Source of the DNA: Lingula anatina
Lineage: Eukaryota; Animalia; Brachiopoda
NCBI GenBank assembly: GCA_051362555.1
Contig: CM120640.1
Location: 46,292,788-46,356,787 of the forward strand
DNA: 64,000 nucleotides
Direction of reading: 5' to 3'
Shown here: in pieces, positions 39,001-51,274 of the stretch
How the letters are laid out: the number at the start of each line of letters is the position of its first letter
Position numbering within the stretch: position 1 is the stretch's first letter
Notes under the pieces: generated by a model
Database searches by the model: none
Seen by the model: only the letters and a program-made list of their open reading frames with translations
Told to the model about the DNA's origin: nothing
Position numbers and translations under genes: made by a program

Positions 39001-42000
39001 TTGTTTGTTTGTTTGTCATCAACATAACTGAAAATGTTATGGACCAATTTCCATGAAATTTTCAGGAACTGTCAGAAGTGGGCCAAGGAAGAGATGATTA
39101 GTGTTTGGTGGTGATCTAATCAATAATCAATCAATAATAATCAAAAATCGCTGCCTTGGCAGAGGTCTGCGCTCTCGGAGTGCTTTTCTGGTTATAAGGT
39201 CTGTAGCCAGCAATTTTAAAGAAGGGGGGGGGGGTTCTTTATCTTAAAAAGTAGACCTTTTTTTACATGAAATCTTTGAGTACCTACATTACATTTTACC
39301 CAGAACAGAAATTTCCCTGGCAAAAAGGGCAGTAAGTTCAACCACCCCAAACCTCCCTGGCTATGGACCTGTTATTATCATAGTTTCATTACTGGTAATA
39401 TCATATTTATTTTTCAATTTGACAGAGGTTGTTACATTACACACCGAGGACAACACTGCAGTGCCACCCATAGGCAAAACTTCAAGAAAAAAGAAAAATA
39501 AAGGTAAGTTAGACTGAGTCTATACTTACTACTAAGAATTTCTGCACTACTTGTTCTGTTTTCTTTGACTTCAAGGGAATGTCCAACCAAACTTGGGCAT
39601 GAAGAATCCATTTAAAGTCATCAGGTCTGTTGGTCATGTCTATCAGATCTATCTGCACCCTGGTGAGGAACCCTAGGGCTATAATTGGTTTGCCTGCTGG
39701 TGATTTCTTCAGAGGCTCTCTTGTATGGCACTCAGGGCATGTCTGAAGAAAGATGTTGATGACAGCACAGGGAATCCAAGCATAGTTCCCCTTCACCTTG
39801 TCACATCTTATCAATATCAGAGTGTTGGACAATATTAAATATCTTTTTATTTGTTGAACTGGGGTGGAAGACTTGGCCTATCATTTGTAGCTTAAAGTGC
39901 TTCTTTGCATCAGAATTTAAAGCCTGCCCCATGCTCACTTGCATGCCCAACATCATACTGCAGCTCAGTATCTTGAGATTCTTGAGATGTCAAAAAAATT
40001 TCACGCTTAAGAGTATGTTCTGTGTTTCAAGACTTTATTTAGTAGTTGATCAAACTTGTCTTTCAGAGCCAAGGTGTCTTTCCATAAATATTTCATATAT
40101 TGTGATATAAGACAAGAAATCAATGTTTGCGTGATTGTGTAGAGTACCTTAGGAATATTTCATTCAGAGATGGAATAGACTTATTATTTAAGTGTTTAAG
40201 TTTAACAATGTTTCTTTGAATAGGTAGCAATGATACTTAACTTAAGAATATAAGTTCAGAAAGTTTCTAAATTCTTAGTAGCTAAATAGCCTTATTTGAA
40301 ACATGTTGTAGCCAGCACAGATATTAATGAAGAGGCGTCAATTGAAATTATTTCACCTGCAAAAAAACGAAAAACGAGGAAGAAAGCTGAAACTAAACAG
40401 ACAGAAGAGAGAACTGTTGTTACCAGAAGACAGACGAGGCGTTCACTTCAAGTTCAGGAAGTACAAATGCATTATTCAGTTCTTTCTATTGAAAAAATGG
40501 TACTTTTAAGAAAGCAGGTTTAAAACAATGTTTATGATTTTTTATGATATTTATTAGTATGTGGCCACTTTCGATGTTATAATATTTTAATGAATTTGTT
40601 TAGTTTATTGAATTGAGTCACCTTTTATTTTATAAATTTTTATGAAGGCAAAGCACAAAAGGTGCTGCATTTTTCAAAGTAGGCCATCAATCAGCGATGT
40701 GTATTTACTTGTTTATAACACAAAACGTGTCTATTTACACTGCCAATTATTGCTCTAATGTTTATGTATACTGTAAAATTATCTTTTGCTTATACTCAAA
40801 TTACATATTTGATATTAAAAAATTTGTCAGAAAATGTTTTAAGGTAATATCACTATAAATTCTTGTTGACCAGGTTGAAGAGTTACCTGACATCCAGGCT
40901 GTACCTTCAGAGAAACCTAAAAGAAGAGGCAAAGGTGCTCCAAAGAAAGATACTGTCAAAAGTACATGTGAAAAACAAACAGAAGAAGAAATAGTGATAT
41001 TATTGGAAAACAGTAATTCACAAAGTGAAGCGAAAGAAACTCATCAAAATGAACCTCCAAAAGGAAGAGCAAGGAAAAAACTTAAAAACAAACTTTCCCT
41101 GGAAATTGCTGAAGAATTGCCAGAAGTATCCAATGACACTGACCCGGTTGTTCCTTCTGAAATTTTGCAAAAAAAGAAATCAGGAAAGAAAAAAAAGAAA
41201 AGACAACCAGAACCAGAATGTTCAGCAATACTGGTAAATGAGATGGTATCTAGTACAGAAACCCAAGTCAATGGAAATGTCATAGCAGACAAAAACTCAC
41301 AGTTTGTGGAGGCTCTGTTAGTAGGAAACGGACAAAAGCAAAAGAAGGATCCGTCAAGTAACAGCAAGGATGTTGATACTTCTGTGGTGGAATTGCATAA
41401 CTTTCACGTGCAAGGCAATAAGGACAAAAACGTGGATTTAAGCAAAAATACTGGCAAAGAGTGCTTGAACCCAATGAAGCCTGTTGCTGCCTCTGCAGTG
41501 CCAGTTGATCTTAATGGTGAGTGTAATTGCACGCATGGTTTAACATGAACACACACACATACACACTTTTAATAACTAATCACTTTTAATATGGATATTG
41601 TGAACTTAAAGTCTAGAAATGTTTTACATGCATGTGTTCATGCATGTGTATGAAGCCTTCGATTTATTATCTCAATAATTTTTTTCAAATATCATGTCAC
41701 CACATCCTCTTATATTGCTATGTACAGTGTATAAATGCTACTTTGGTATGCTTTAATATTGGTCATAGTCTTATTTTTTAATTGTCCATATTGATTCTCA
41801 TAATTAATTCTAACAAGTAAAACAGTTTCAGCTGTGAGTTTTGAAATTCCTTATTGTGACATTGCTGATGGACAGGCCGCTGAAGTATCGCCTGCCAGAC
41901 AGGCACTCATGAAGATGACCCAGAACCGTCGCCGCACAAGCATCATACGTGCTGAGTCTGAAAGCAAGTATCTTGGTGAGATTAAGATGTTGAAAGCAGA

Positions 42001-44474
42001 GTTGAAGAAAGTTCAAAAAGACAAGGTCAGTGCTTTATAAGAGTAATCAGAAAAAATGTTAAGCTAAACATTGGAAAATGTGTAAATGACAATTTTTCTA
42101 TAAAACATTTTTGTTTATGTTCTGGTTCTGGAACAGGATTGCATGTACAGGATTGCTGTTAGGAAGCAAAGTTGAAGGAATGCATTACCTCTTGCACTCA
42201 AAAATGTTTTATAATTGAACAAATGGTGGATGATTGCAGTATTATAGACACCATCCTTTTTGTGGAGACCACCCATGCAAAAAAATATAAAAATTGCCCT
42301 TAACGTCTGTAGGCTGTGAAATGTAGCATAATAAGAAAAATGTGATATATCATTAAACTGAATTCATTGTTTCTAAGCTATTTATAATTTCTAATTTTTC
42401 CTAGGATCTGCTGGCAGCACAGAAGCAGGACCTGGAGACGAAAACAGAGAAGCAGTTGATACAGAAAGAAGAGAGCATGATGGAGATGTTTGTGAATGAA
42501 ATCACAGAGTTAAAAGCAGAGAAAGATTTGGTAATTTTGGGTGTTGTATTAAATTATAATGTCATTTGTCAACAGTGTGGGATTTCTGTGAACATTTTAA
42601 ATGCATGTAGAACAAAAGTTTTCTTTCGTATACAGACAGTCATTGATCAGGTAATTAAATTTTCTTAAGCATTGTATTGTTTTACATTGTATATTCCTAC
42701 ATGTAACTTGTTTGTAACTTTTGCATGACAATGTAGGGTTTTATAAATTATAGATTCTTACACAAGTCTCTCTTGTTTTGAAATGGTTAATTGTTAGTTT
42801 ATAAAAAAAGTGAATTCATTTATGAGTTGTGCTGTAAAATAACTATGGTATGGTATGGTTTTCTCTGTTATTTGTTACATAAAATTGGTCTTTTTTATAT
42901 TGGATCTTATGTGACTAATACCACACCCTTTTTTTACACTAAGATTGAGCAAGAACTTCAGGCAGAAATGGCAAAGTTAGTAAAAGATAAAGACGAGGAA
43001 TACAAAGAGACTCTCAAAAAGGAGAAACAAGATCTAACTTCCAGAATTGATTACCTCAGTAACTATCTCCAGGAACTGAAAACTGAAAGGATTACTTTGC
43101 TGAATCAGCACAGAGAAGAAAAGGAAAAGGTGTGCTCTCCCATTTAAACAAATTTTTATCCATCTTGAAGTTCATATCTGAAGAATTTGAATGGTTTTGA
43201 TGATTAATGATAAGTTCATCCTTCCTTACAATAGCAACAAGCATACAGTTTGTAATTCTATTATTTCAGTTAAAAGAAGAGTGTTCTCTCCAAGTGGAGA
43301 CCAGAGTGCAGGAAACCAGGCAGGAAATGGCAGCTCAACAGGAATTCCTTCAGAAAGAACTCCAGAAGAAAGAGGAGGTATGGAATGTTGATTTATGTTA
43401 AATTTATTGATGAAAATTTATGTTGTTAATTAGATTTAGTTGACTGGCTTTATGATGATGTTAATTTTTGGTGTTATTTGTAAGCATCGAGCAGTTTGAA
43501 GTTGTGTGCAGTACAGAGCTGAGGTAATTTCTTCTCTATTCCACTGATTTGATCTATTGAACTTTTGAAAAAAGACATAGCTATGAAGGATGGCATTGTG
43601 TTAGTTTTAGACAATAGCTATAAGAAAATATACAAATTAACATGTCTTAAAAAAACTTTTGTTTTTGTTTTTTCTATCTTTTTAGATTATGCAGAAGCTT
43701 GAAGAGGGAATGGAAAATGAACTTCAGTGCAGTATTTGCAATGAAATGTTTATTGAGGTAGACATCTATAATTAATACAAATTTGAAGTATTAATTTCCA
43801 GACTATGTTTGCAAAGGTGTGTCCAATCTTTTTAAAGCAAGTGATACTTTGATAGGCAATATTTTATCAATTCAGAGAAATATAAACGTTGAAGTATTAC
43901 TAACCTGAGTACATTTCGGTCTTGTATTGATTAGTATATTTCTATCCCAGTGGAATAATCTGGTGTACATTGTCCATTTCCAGGCTTTAATACTAAATTG
44001 TTCACATTCCTTCTGCAAACTTTGCTTGGACAAATGGATGGAGACAAACAATGTGTGTCCACTATGTCGAAAGGCCTTCAAGAAGAAGAAAAAGTTGCCT
44101 AATCGTGTGCTTGATAATCACATCGAACATCTAGTTGCAACTTTGGGAACGGACGTTCAAGAGAGACGACGGCAAGTGGTTGAAGAAAGGAAAGGTAAAA
44201 CAAATTGATATAATATTTAGGGTTTATTTCTTTGAATTGTTGAATGTTTTATTGCATATTCAGTAAAGATTTGATAAAATTGTTACTTTATTTAGCTGTG
44301 TATGGTAAAACAATATTTTCATGTTGTAAAATGACCTCACTCTTTATCACAAAATATTCTTGTCAAAATATACTTGCAGTATTGTGCTGAGGTGATTGTG
44401 TTTGGTTGTGACAAAAATCTATATCATGCCTATCACAGATTTAAATTACATTTACATATACCCTTTAGCTTTCG

Positions 44475-44507
<33 letters not shown>

Positions 44508-46128
44508 GAAGCTGAACAAGAAGAATGGAATGAAAGACAGAGGGTAAAACGCCAACAAGAGGAATTGCAATTGCGTCAGGGGCAAGCAACACATCAGCAG
44601 CAGGAAAGACACCAGCAACAAGAGAGACAGCCACAACAACAGCAGCAGCAGCGGTCTACACCTGTTCCTGTGCAGCCAAGACAGCAGCAACTGCCTCACC
44701 AACACCACCAACATGGTCAGATCAATTATCTTTTTTTACGTTCTCTAGATAAATATGAAAATGTTTGTTATTCATAAAGTGATGGATACAAGAAGTTTAG
44801 TAGGGCTACTTCAGAAACAATAAAAAGTATAACTTATTTTTTTGGCATTTTTCTCCAAACAAAAAATCACAAACATTGAAAGAACAGAAAGGCTGTAAGC
44901 CAACTTTTTCACGTAGGACTTTTGAATTGAATCTTTCGCAGTCCAAATCCAGCATTGTATTGAGAAGTTCTACCACATGATAACAATATAGGGGACTTTC
45001 ATATCAGGCTCGTAGCCAGGGGGTTTTAGAAAGAACTGCCCCTTTTGTCAGGAAAAGGTCCATTTTGGGTAAAATTTTATCTAGGTACACATAAGTTTCA
45101 TTGTAAAAGGTCCACTTTTTTCAGAAAAAGAACCCCCCTTTTGAATTTGCTGGCCTGCATATGTACACTTGCAACTGTATGGGTGGGATTTCTACCACTT
45201 TTTGCACTTTTTGACATGGTAGAAATATGAACAAAGTGTCAGTAATTGAAAAACTGGATATTGTAAGTTAAGATTAAATGACTGTTGTAGGAGCTCCTCA
45301 GCATAATAGCAGGGCTCCGTATCTCGAAAGGTTCGCTATGTTGCGCATGAGCGTTAGTGTCTCGATTCCATAACCAATTCTATTTCGAGATACGGGGCCA
45401 TGGAATCGAGACACTTGCGCACGTGTCACTTGTGCAGTCGTGCGCAACATAGCGAACCTTTCGAGATACGGAGCCCAGGTCTTTCAATACAGAACTTTAA
45501 CAGCTGAGTGACAAAGTAGGGTTTGTTTGTGAAACCTTAGTTATTGATCTGTAAACCTTAGGGCTCATCCCCACTGAAACTATTGGTCTCTAGATGGAGC
45601 CAACTCCGAGGGGTCTCTCGCTGAATGCAATCAGTTTCACAGACTAACAAGCCTCCCCTTGTTCCCAGAGTACTTGTAAAATCACCAGTTTTTCTGCATT
45701 CTACTCAGTGCCATGGGGCACACTCTGATCATCCCTATATGTCAAGCTTAAGTTGATGTTGACATTTTGTTATACATGTACAGTATATCATAACTGCCAC
45801 CGTTTTTACCGAGATACTTACTCTAGAAACTGATATTGATTTTGATTTAAAAGCATTTTTCACAGATTGCTTTTCATGTTAATGCATGTCTTTTCTGTCT
45901 GTTTATGTGTGTCTGTGCTTTACAGGATTTAACCATCGACGTCATCAGGAATCACAGTGGATAAATACACACTATAATTGGTGGCACACACAGGCAAGAG
46001 AAGACCACTCCCAAACTGGACACCAAAGTCAAAGAACCCATGCCACTTTTTGGGACTTGGAAAACAGGCCTATAGTTAGTGCTCATACAATGCAACATCA
46101 ACATCAGCATAGAGGCTATTACCAATAG
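36099..46128 (+). CDS. RNF8-like coiled-coil + C3HC4 RING E3 ligase without a visible FHA domain, ~790 aa, 13 exons: 36099-36216, 38203-38280, 39426-39503, 40312-~40460 (donor uncertain), 40874-41516, 41832-42025, 42405-42530, 42944-43129, 43270-43377, 43686-43757, 43984-44194, 44512-44715, 45926-46128
   Basis: MENELQCSICNEMFIE/ALILNCSHSFCKLCLDKWMETNNVCPLCRK...NRVLDNHIEHLVATL...VQERRRQVVEERK parallels the RNF8 RING and C-terminal helix; preceded by a long E/K/Q coiled coil; GT-AG sites with consistent phases throughout. Orthology not established, so no symbol given. Confidence 0.8.
36291..36464. mobile_element. 174-bp fold-back MITE with 16-bp subterminal repeats and 8-bp TSD CTTGTGGC
   Basis: TSD at 36283-36290 and 36465-36472; GGGG..CGATAGTCCGAAGGTTCA arrays inverted at the right end. 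Confidence 0.85.
38391..38946. mobile_element. 556-bp non-autonomous TIR element flanked by TATTA direct repeats
   Basis: GAGAGTTTCCG.TGC.G.TG.GATACG.CGGCTAGATT at left, its reverse complement at right; TATTA at 38386-38390 and 38947-38951. Confidence 0.8.
38947..39193 (+). mobile_element. Helentron-associated non-autonomous element (HINE/DINE-1-like)
   Basis: 5' TATTACCTCCGCCAAG, (GTCT)/(GTTT) microsatellite, 3' CTTGGCAGAGGT subterminal inverted repeat, short stem-loop GCGCTCTCGGAGTGC, T-rich end. Confidence 0.8.
39197..39371 (-). mobile_element. ~170-bp MITE (CAGG.C.TAGCCAG termini, hAT-like)
   Basis: Termini AGGTCTGTAGCCAG ... CTGGCTATGGACCTG; related copy in opposite orientation at 45005-45157. 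Confidence 0.6.
39509..39830 (-). mobile_element. Ginger2/KRBA2-SCAND3-type integrase fragment
   Basis: YAWIPCAVINIFLQTCPEC (integrase zinc-binding CxxC) then KPIIALGFLTRVQIDLIDMTNRPDDFKWIL (first catalytic Asp, QIDLID). Confidence 0.8.
45005..45157 (+). mobile_element. MITE related to 39197-39371
   Basis: CAGGCTCGTAGCCAGG...AAAAGGTCCACTTTTT...GCTGGCCTG. Confidence 0.6.
45313..45475. mobile_element. 163-bp MITE with 35-bp perfect TIRs and CAG TSD (Harbinger-like)
   Basis: CAG|GGCTCCGTATCTCGAAAGGTTCGCTATGTTGCGCA ... TGCGCAACATAGCGAACCTTTCGAGATACGGAGCC|CAG; an internal extra TIR end and a second inverted pair GTGTCTCGATTCCAT/ATGGAATCGAGACAC. Confidence 0.85.
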
Positions 46129-49100
46129 TGCTGTAGCTTTCTGGCCATTTTCCCCAAACTGGATTTATGACTGTATAAAGGCCGATTGCCAGAAGTTTAA
46201 TATGGTGTGTGTCGTAGCAGTATTAATTCCAATTTGTTTTGAAAAACACTTTGTCTAAGTGTACAAAGAAATACTGCAGTGATGATATCTTTGTAATCTT
46301 ACAAATAGCAATGACTTTTGCTTTGAAGTGTGCAACATAAAAAATAATCAGAAAGTATAATCTTTTTCTTTCACAACCCAAACAAAAAAACAATATGAGT
46401 GTGTATTTATATATATTTATCTTTTTAAAACATTAGAATAAATTGGCCTTTTCTAGTACTACTTATTTTAGGATTCTTTGTAATGTAGTCTTTCAGCAGT
46501 TAACTATGAAGTGATAGCTTATACCCTAGTTGAGTGCAGATTTCACAATTTTATAGAGCTGTAGTAAACAAAATTTTACATGTATCTGTAGTAATAAGTA
46601 AAGAAAACTAATTTAAGGTTGCATGTGGATAGTCCAGAACAGAAATGTCTATGATCATAAAATAGAGAAGTTAAATTTTGAATGTTATCAATCCAAAGTA
46701 AAACTGAAATATTTGGATTTTTTTAGATGTATTGGTAAAAAAAAAGAAATATATGTATCTGGCTTTATTATTTGCAATTCTGTATTAAACACTTAACTTC
46801 TTATTTAAGGATATTGTTACCCTTTATCATCATCCAGTTAAGGAAAATGAGATTTTTCCTGCATCTAATTATTCAATAATGCATCTATCTTTGTGCTGAT
46901 TTAAAACAATAAAACCCTCGAAAATGTAAAATATCTCCATTTATATTTCTCGTTGCAATGTATAAGCATAGGCAACTCAAAACTTTTTAATTGTCAATTT
47001 AACGCTTTTCTATTTTGAGGTGAGATGGCAATTGGTTTGGGGTGTAACTTCATCCCTAAACAAGATTTTATCATGAAAATTGGCAGAGTGGACAAATAGC
47101 AATTGTGATGTTACCCATAAGATGACGTGTAAATGTTAATTAATTTAGTCACTGAACACTGAAGATTTATTTATTGCCCAAAAGACTATGTAAGGCTGTA
47201 ACTGAGGAGTTTTAGGCAAAGGGTGACAATAACCTCAAATGTTTAGGAAAGAAGTGTATTTGGCTGAATAATAACAAAAACTTTTTTTCATCATATAACT
47301 GGACTTCAGTGGCCAAAATAACTTTCGGAAAAGTGAGTTAAAAAGATGGAACCCACCAAAGAAAAAAAAAAAATCAGCCAATGGAAAGGGTTTCACAATA
47401 CATGATGTTGTCTAATATTACCTTTTTTCTAATTTTTGCACTGACACGTGGATGCCCCTTCCTTAGCCTCATATATGTACCAAAAAAAAAAGAAAAAATC
47501 TTAAATTTATTGGTTGTCATTTCTTAAAAGTAAACTATATTCACCAACACAACATAAGTTATTCGTTTAATACTTTTATTTGAAAATAATTTTGGTAAAA
47601 ATACAAAAGCTTAATAAATCACTGTATACTTAATTTAACAGCAAGAGAAACAAGAAAAAATTAGAAAACAATCCCTCTTTAATTTTGTGAAAACAGTATT
47701 GTGCCTGGAAAAAATAAAAATACATTCACAATTTGTAAAAGGAACATAGGTGTTTAATTTCTGACAAGAATGAAAAATAAGTTGGTATTAAAAACATCTA
47801 TAAGTATTTTAATTACAATCAGAAAAAAATTATCATCCAAATAATAATTACAAAATATTTAACATAAAGCAGTTAGTATGTACTAGTACAATCAACTAAT
47901 ACCTACCAATTTACTTCACAATTTCTTACATTTTCAAAATTGTTTAATGATATTGGTACATTAAATGGGTTTTGCACAATATCTGGTTAAAATGTGTTAC
48001 TGATTCTGTAATTGTTGAACCACAGTAATGGCAACAAGTCAGGGATGTACGGAAGCCTGTAAGGGTCACAACACCACACAAATGTCACAACACTAAACAA
48101 ATTCAACACTAAACGAACGTTCAATTTTGCCTCTGAAATTTTGCAGTCGCAAATGGTTGGAAAACATACCAGTATGCGACAGAGCACTTTCCATTTGGGT
48201 TAATGTAGAGAAGTATTTGAAAGCTGCTGAAAAGCAACAAGTCACCAAACCTGAATGCAAGTCCTTTGATGTGGTGAAGAAAGCTGTCCAGGACAAACTA
48301 ATCAGACCAAAGCTACAGTTCTTTAAATCTATTGCAGGCGTTTTGCAGCCCTTTTTAGTATCATATCAAACCAGCAAACCTATGGATCCCTTCTTACCAT
48401 CTGATTTGGCATGTCTGATCAACTTGAAGGCAATGTTGAGAAAATTTGTGAAAAGGGATTTTTTGTTATCCTGCCAAAGTAGATGTAAATGACAGTGAGA
48501 ATCACCTCCCTTACACCCAAATTGATGTGGGCATACTTACAGAAAAGGCACTCAAGGAAAGTCAAACAAAGAATGCGGCAAGTGATAGGGAGGTCATGGG
48601 ATTCAAGTTAGTATGCAAACTGTTCATGATGAAAACCTCTGAAAAGTTCCTACATAAGTGTCCAATTTCCTATTCACTGGTTCGGAACATGTCTGCTCTA
48701 AACCCAAGGGAAATGGCAGCTGATCCAGATTCATGCAGAATCAAATTTAAGAAAGTTCTGAACCTGTTAGCAAGTGCAAACAGAATAGATGCAAATGATA
48801 GTGACACAATTATTGGTCAGTTTGATAGATTTCTAGATAATATCCAAGTATTGGATTTACCCCAGCTTTTGCAAACCTTCCAAAATATGAGGGAAAAGCG
48901 CAATAGTGACAGGAACTCATTTTAAAAAAAAAAAAAGTTCAAAGTGGTGGACAAAGAATTCGAAGTGAATGTAAGAACATTTGTATATGTTTTAGGAAGG
49001 TTGAAATTGGACAGACTGATACACCAAACGTAGCATGCTCACTATATGTGATTTTGATATAAAATAGCCTCTAAGCACAGTCTCAGAATTTTAGATAATT

Positions 49101-49335
49101 TAAAAGATTAAAGGAAATATTGTGATATTAGATAAAGAAATTAATATAGTGTTGGTGTGATCTAATCTACCAGAAAAAAAGCATTCATGCCTTGCATCAA
49201 ACTCAGAATAAAGACAGTCTTAGAGAAAAGGTCCCAGCTAGAGCACCTGTACCCATTCTTTGTATTGATTAGTAATGCCCTCTGTTGGTATCATATTATC
49301 TTTTTTCTTTCTTGTAAATTATTGTACAATTCAAG

Positions 49336-50648
49336 GTGGATGGCCCAGTGGTACAGATGCTTTCTGATGAGCAACTGAAAGAAATAGGGATCAATGCCTT
49401 GGGCAATAGGTGCCTGCTGCAAGGATTCACCAGATCTGCTGTCACAAACCCTCAGGCTGAAGTGGACGGTAAGGAACAGGATCAGATGCAGAATCAGGAG
49501 AGAAGGCAGCAGCTATTGGACATGTTATGGAAGGGCCGTGATAGACGCCCAGGAAGTAGAAGCTGTCGTCTTGCAAAAAGACCAGGCAGACCAATACAGT
49601 CAGAGAGGGTCATCCAATTCGGGATGCATCTGCTGAAAGACGAAAATCAAGACAGTGAAATGGGTCGCAGTCACCAAACAGTTAGATCCCTATTGGGGGA
49701 TAAAAACACCATAGCAATGAAATTACTGCTCTCAACTATCTACCAACTAACTACCAGGAATTGTTGTTGACACTTTCTTCCCCTCTAACACAAACCCAAT
49801 GGTGGGTGGGCGAGAAAATTTCAACTATGAAATCGTGAATGGCCACAACATTAACGTGAAAGATGGTTTGATGGAAAGCTTTACGATCCAAATGTACATA
49901 AAGGAGCACCTGAATTCAAAACAAAAGTCAAGAAGATGATGATGATGATTTCTTATCTTTTAAATCTTAATATTTTTCACTTTGAATGAAGTGAAATGAT
50001 TTCATACCCAATAGTGACAATAGATCACCCCCTCACAGCTGGAGCCCCAATCCCAGGCGTACTAACATTCTTATGTACCCATCCACATTTCTGATGCTAG
50101 TTCTAGCAAATCCTAAAAGTTTCTAGTTACCACTTCTATTGGTGTAGTAGAATTTTAATTTAAATTAAATTTAAATTTACCAATTAAAAAATTTGTGAAA
50201 AAATAATCGCTGTGGTAATCCACCCAAAGAACAAGCCTAAGTTATGGATGAACAACACACACCAACGCGAATCAAATACATTATAGTTTTGTGCTTGAAG
50301 TAATTCATAATTGGCTGTAAAAACCCAATTATTCAATTCTTATTAGTTCAACGGATTTTTAAAAACATCTTGGCATGAATATGAAATTATGTTATTTTAA
50401 ATATTATATTTTCAGGCCTGTCGAGCGAAACATACAGGAGCTGCTCCTTGAGTTAAGTGCTCAAGTAAAGCGGGACGAAGGCCCCAATATACTTAATATT
50501 GCCAGGTCCAAAATCCTGGAGGGAGCCCGCAGGGCATTTCTGAGAAAAATATTCCTGCCAGACAGGCCAATGTCCGTCAAATTCATGTACGACATTGGAA
50601 TGTCAGAGGGGGTCATAGACGAAGGGGGACCAACAAGAGAGTTCTTTT
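49336..50648 (+). pseudogene. SAM + HECT (G2E3-like) E3 fragments, copy 1
   Basis: VDGPVVQMLSDEQLKEIGINALGNR (SAM-like) after an AG acceptor; exon from 50416 FLPDRPMSVKF..DIGMSEGVIDEGGPTREFF (HECT N-lobe DxGGxxREF); truncated. Confidence 0.7.
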
Positions 50649-50723
50649 GTGATCACATAGCCAACGTTGGGGGAATACAACATGTTGAACTCAAATCAGC
50701 TGTTAGTGTCTGCAGCATCAGCA

Positions 50724-51274
50724 TCAGGCCTACCCAACTACCAGACTCGACACCTAAGGATCCTGAATTAACCGGTATATCGGACCACACTACCCGTTTT
50801 CAAGGTGTGTGTCAGATCGCATTTCGGAGTATCATACTCCAGAACAAATTTTGTAGGACGACTGCGGGCTCATCCACGCTCGGCTGAACAACCTTAAACA
50901 GTACTCTTACTTTAGAGTACTCTATTTCATTGTCTCTATGGGGGTGTATGGGGACTTTACGACATTCGGTTTGAATGTTTTAACCACTTTTGATAGGGCT
51001 TTTTTGCATTGTATTAGATTAATGTGGCAGTCTAAGGTTCATCTAGGTGGCTTTCAAATTTATGCACCCGGTTTTAAAATCATATAGCGATTAAATACGA
51101 CAATCGTTTACTATCCAATCAAGGTGACAGCCGAGCGTGGGCTCATCCTGTCGGTGTTCTGACTGATACTCCGAAATGCGATCTGACACACACCTTGAAA
51201 ACGGGTAGTGTGGTCCGATATACCGGTTAATTCAGGATCCTTAGGTACCGAGTCTGGTAGTTGGTTAGGCCTGA
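50724..51274. mobile_element. 551-bp MITE with ~115-bp TIRs and 9-bp TSD GCATCAGCA (Mutator-like by TSD length)
   Basis: TSD at 50715-50723 and 51275-51283; the paralogous site in unit 2 (~56164-56172) has a single GCATCAGCA, i.e. an empty site. Confidence 0.9.
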
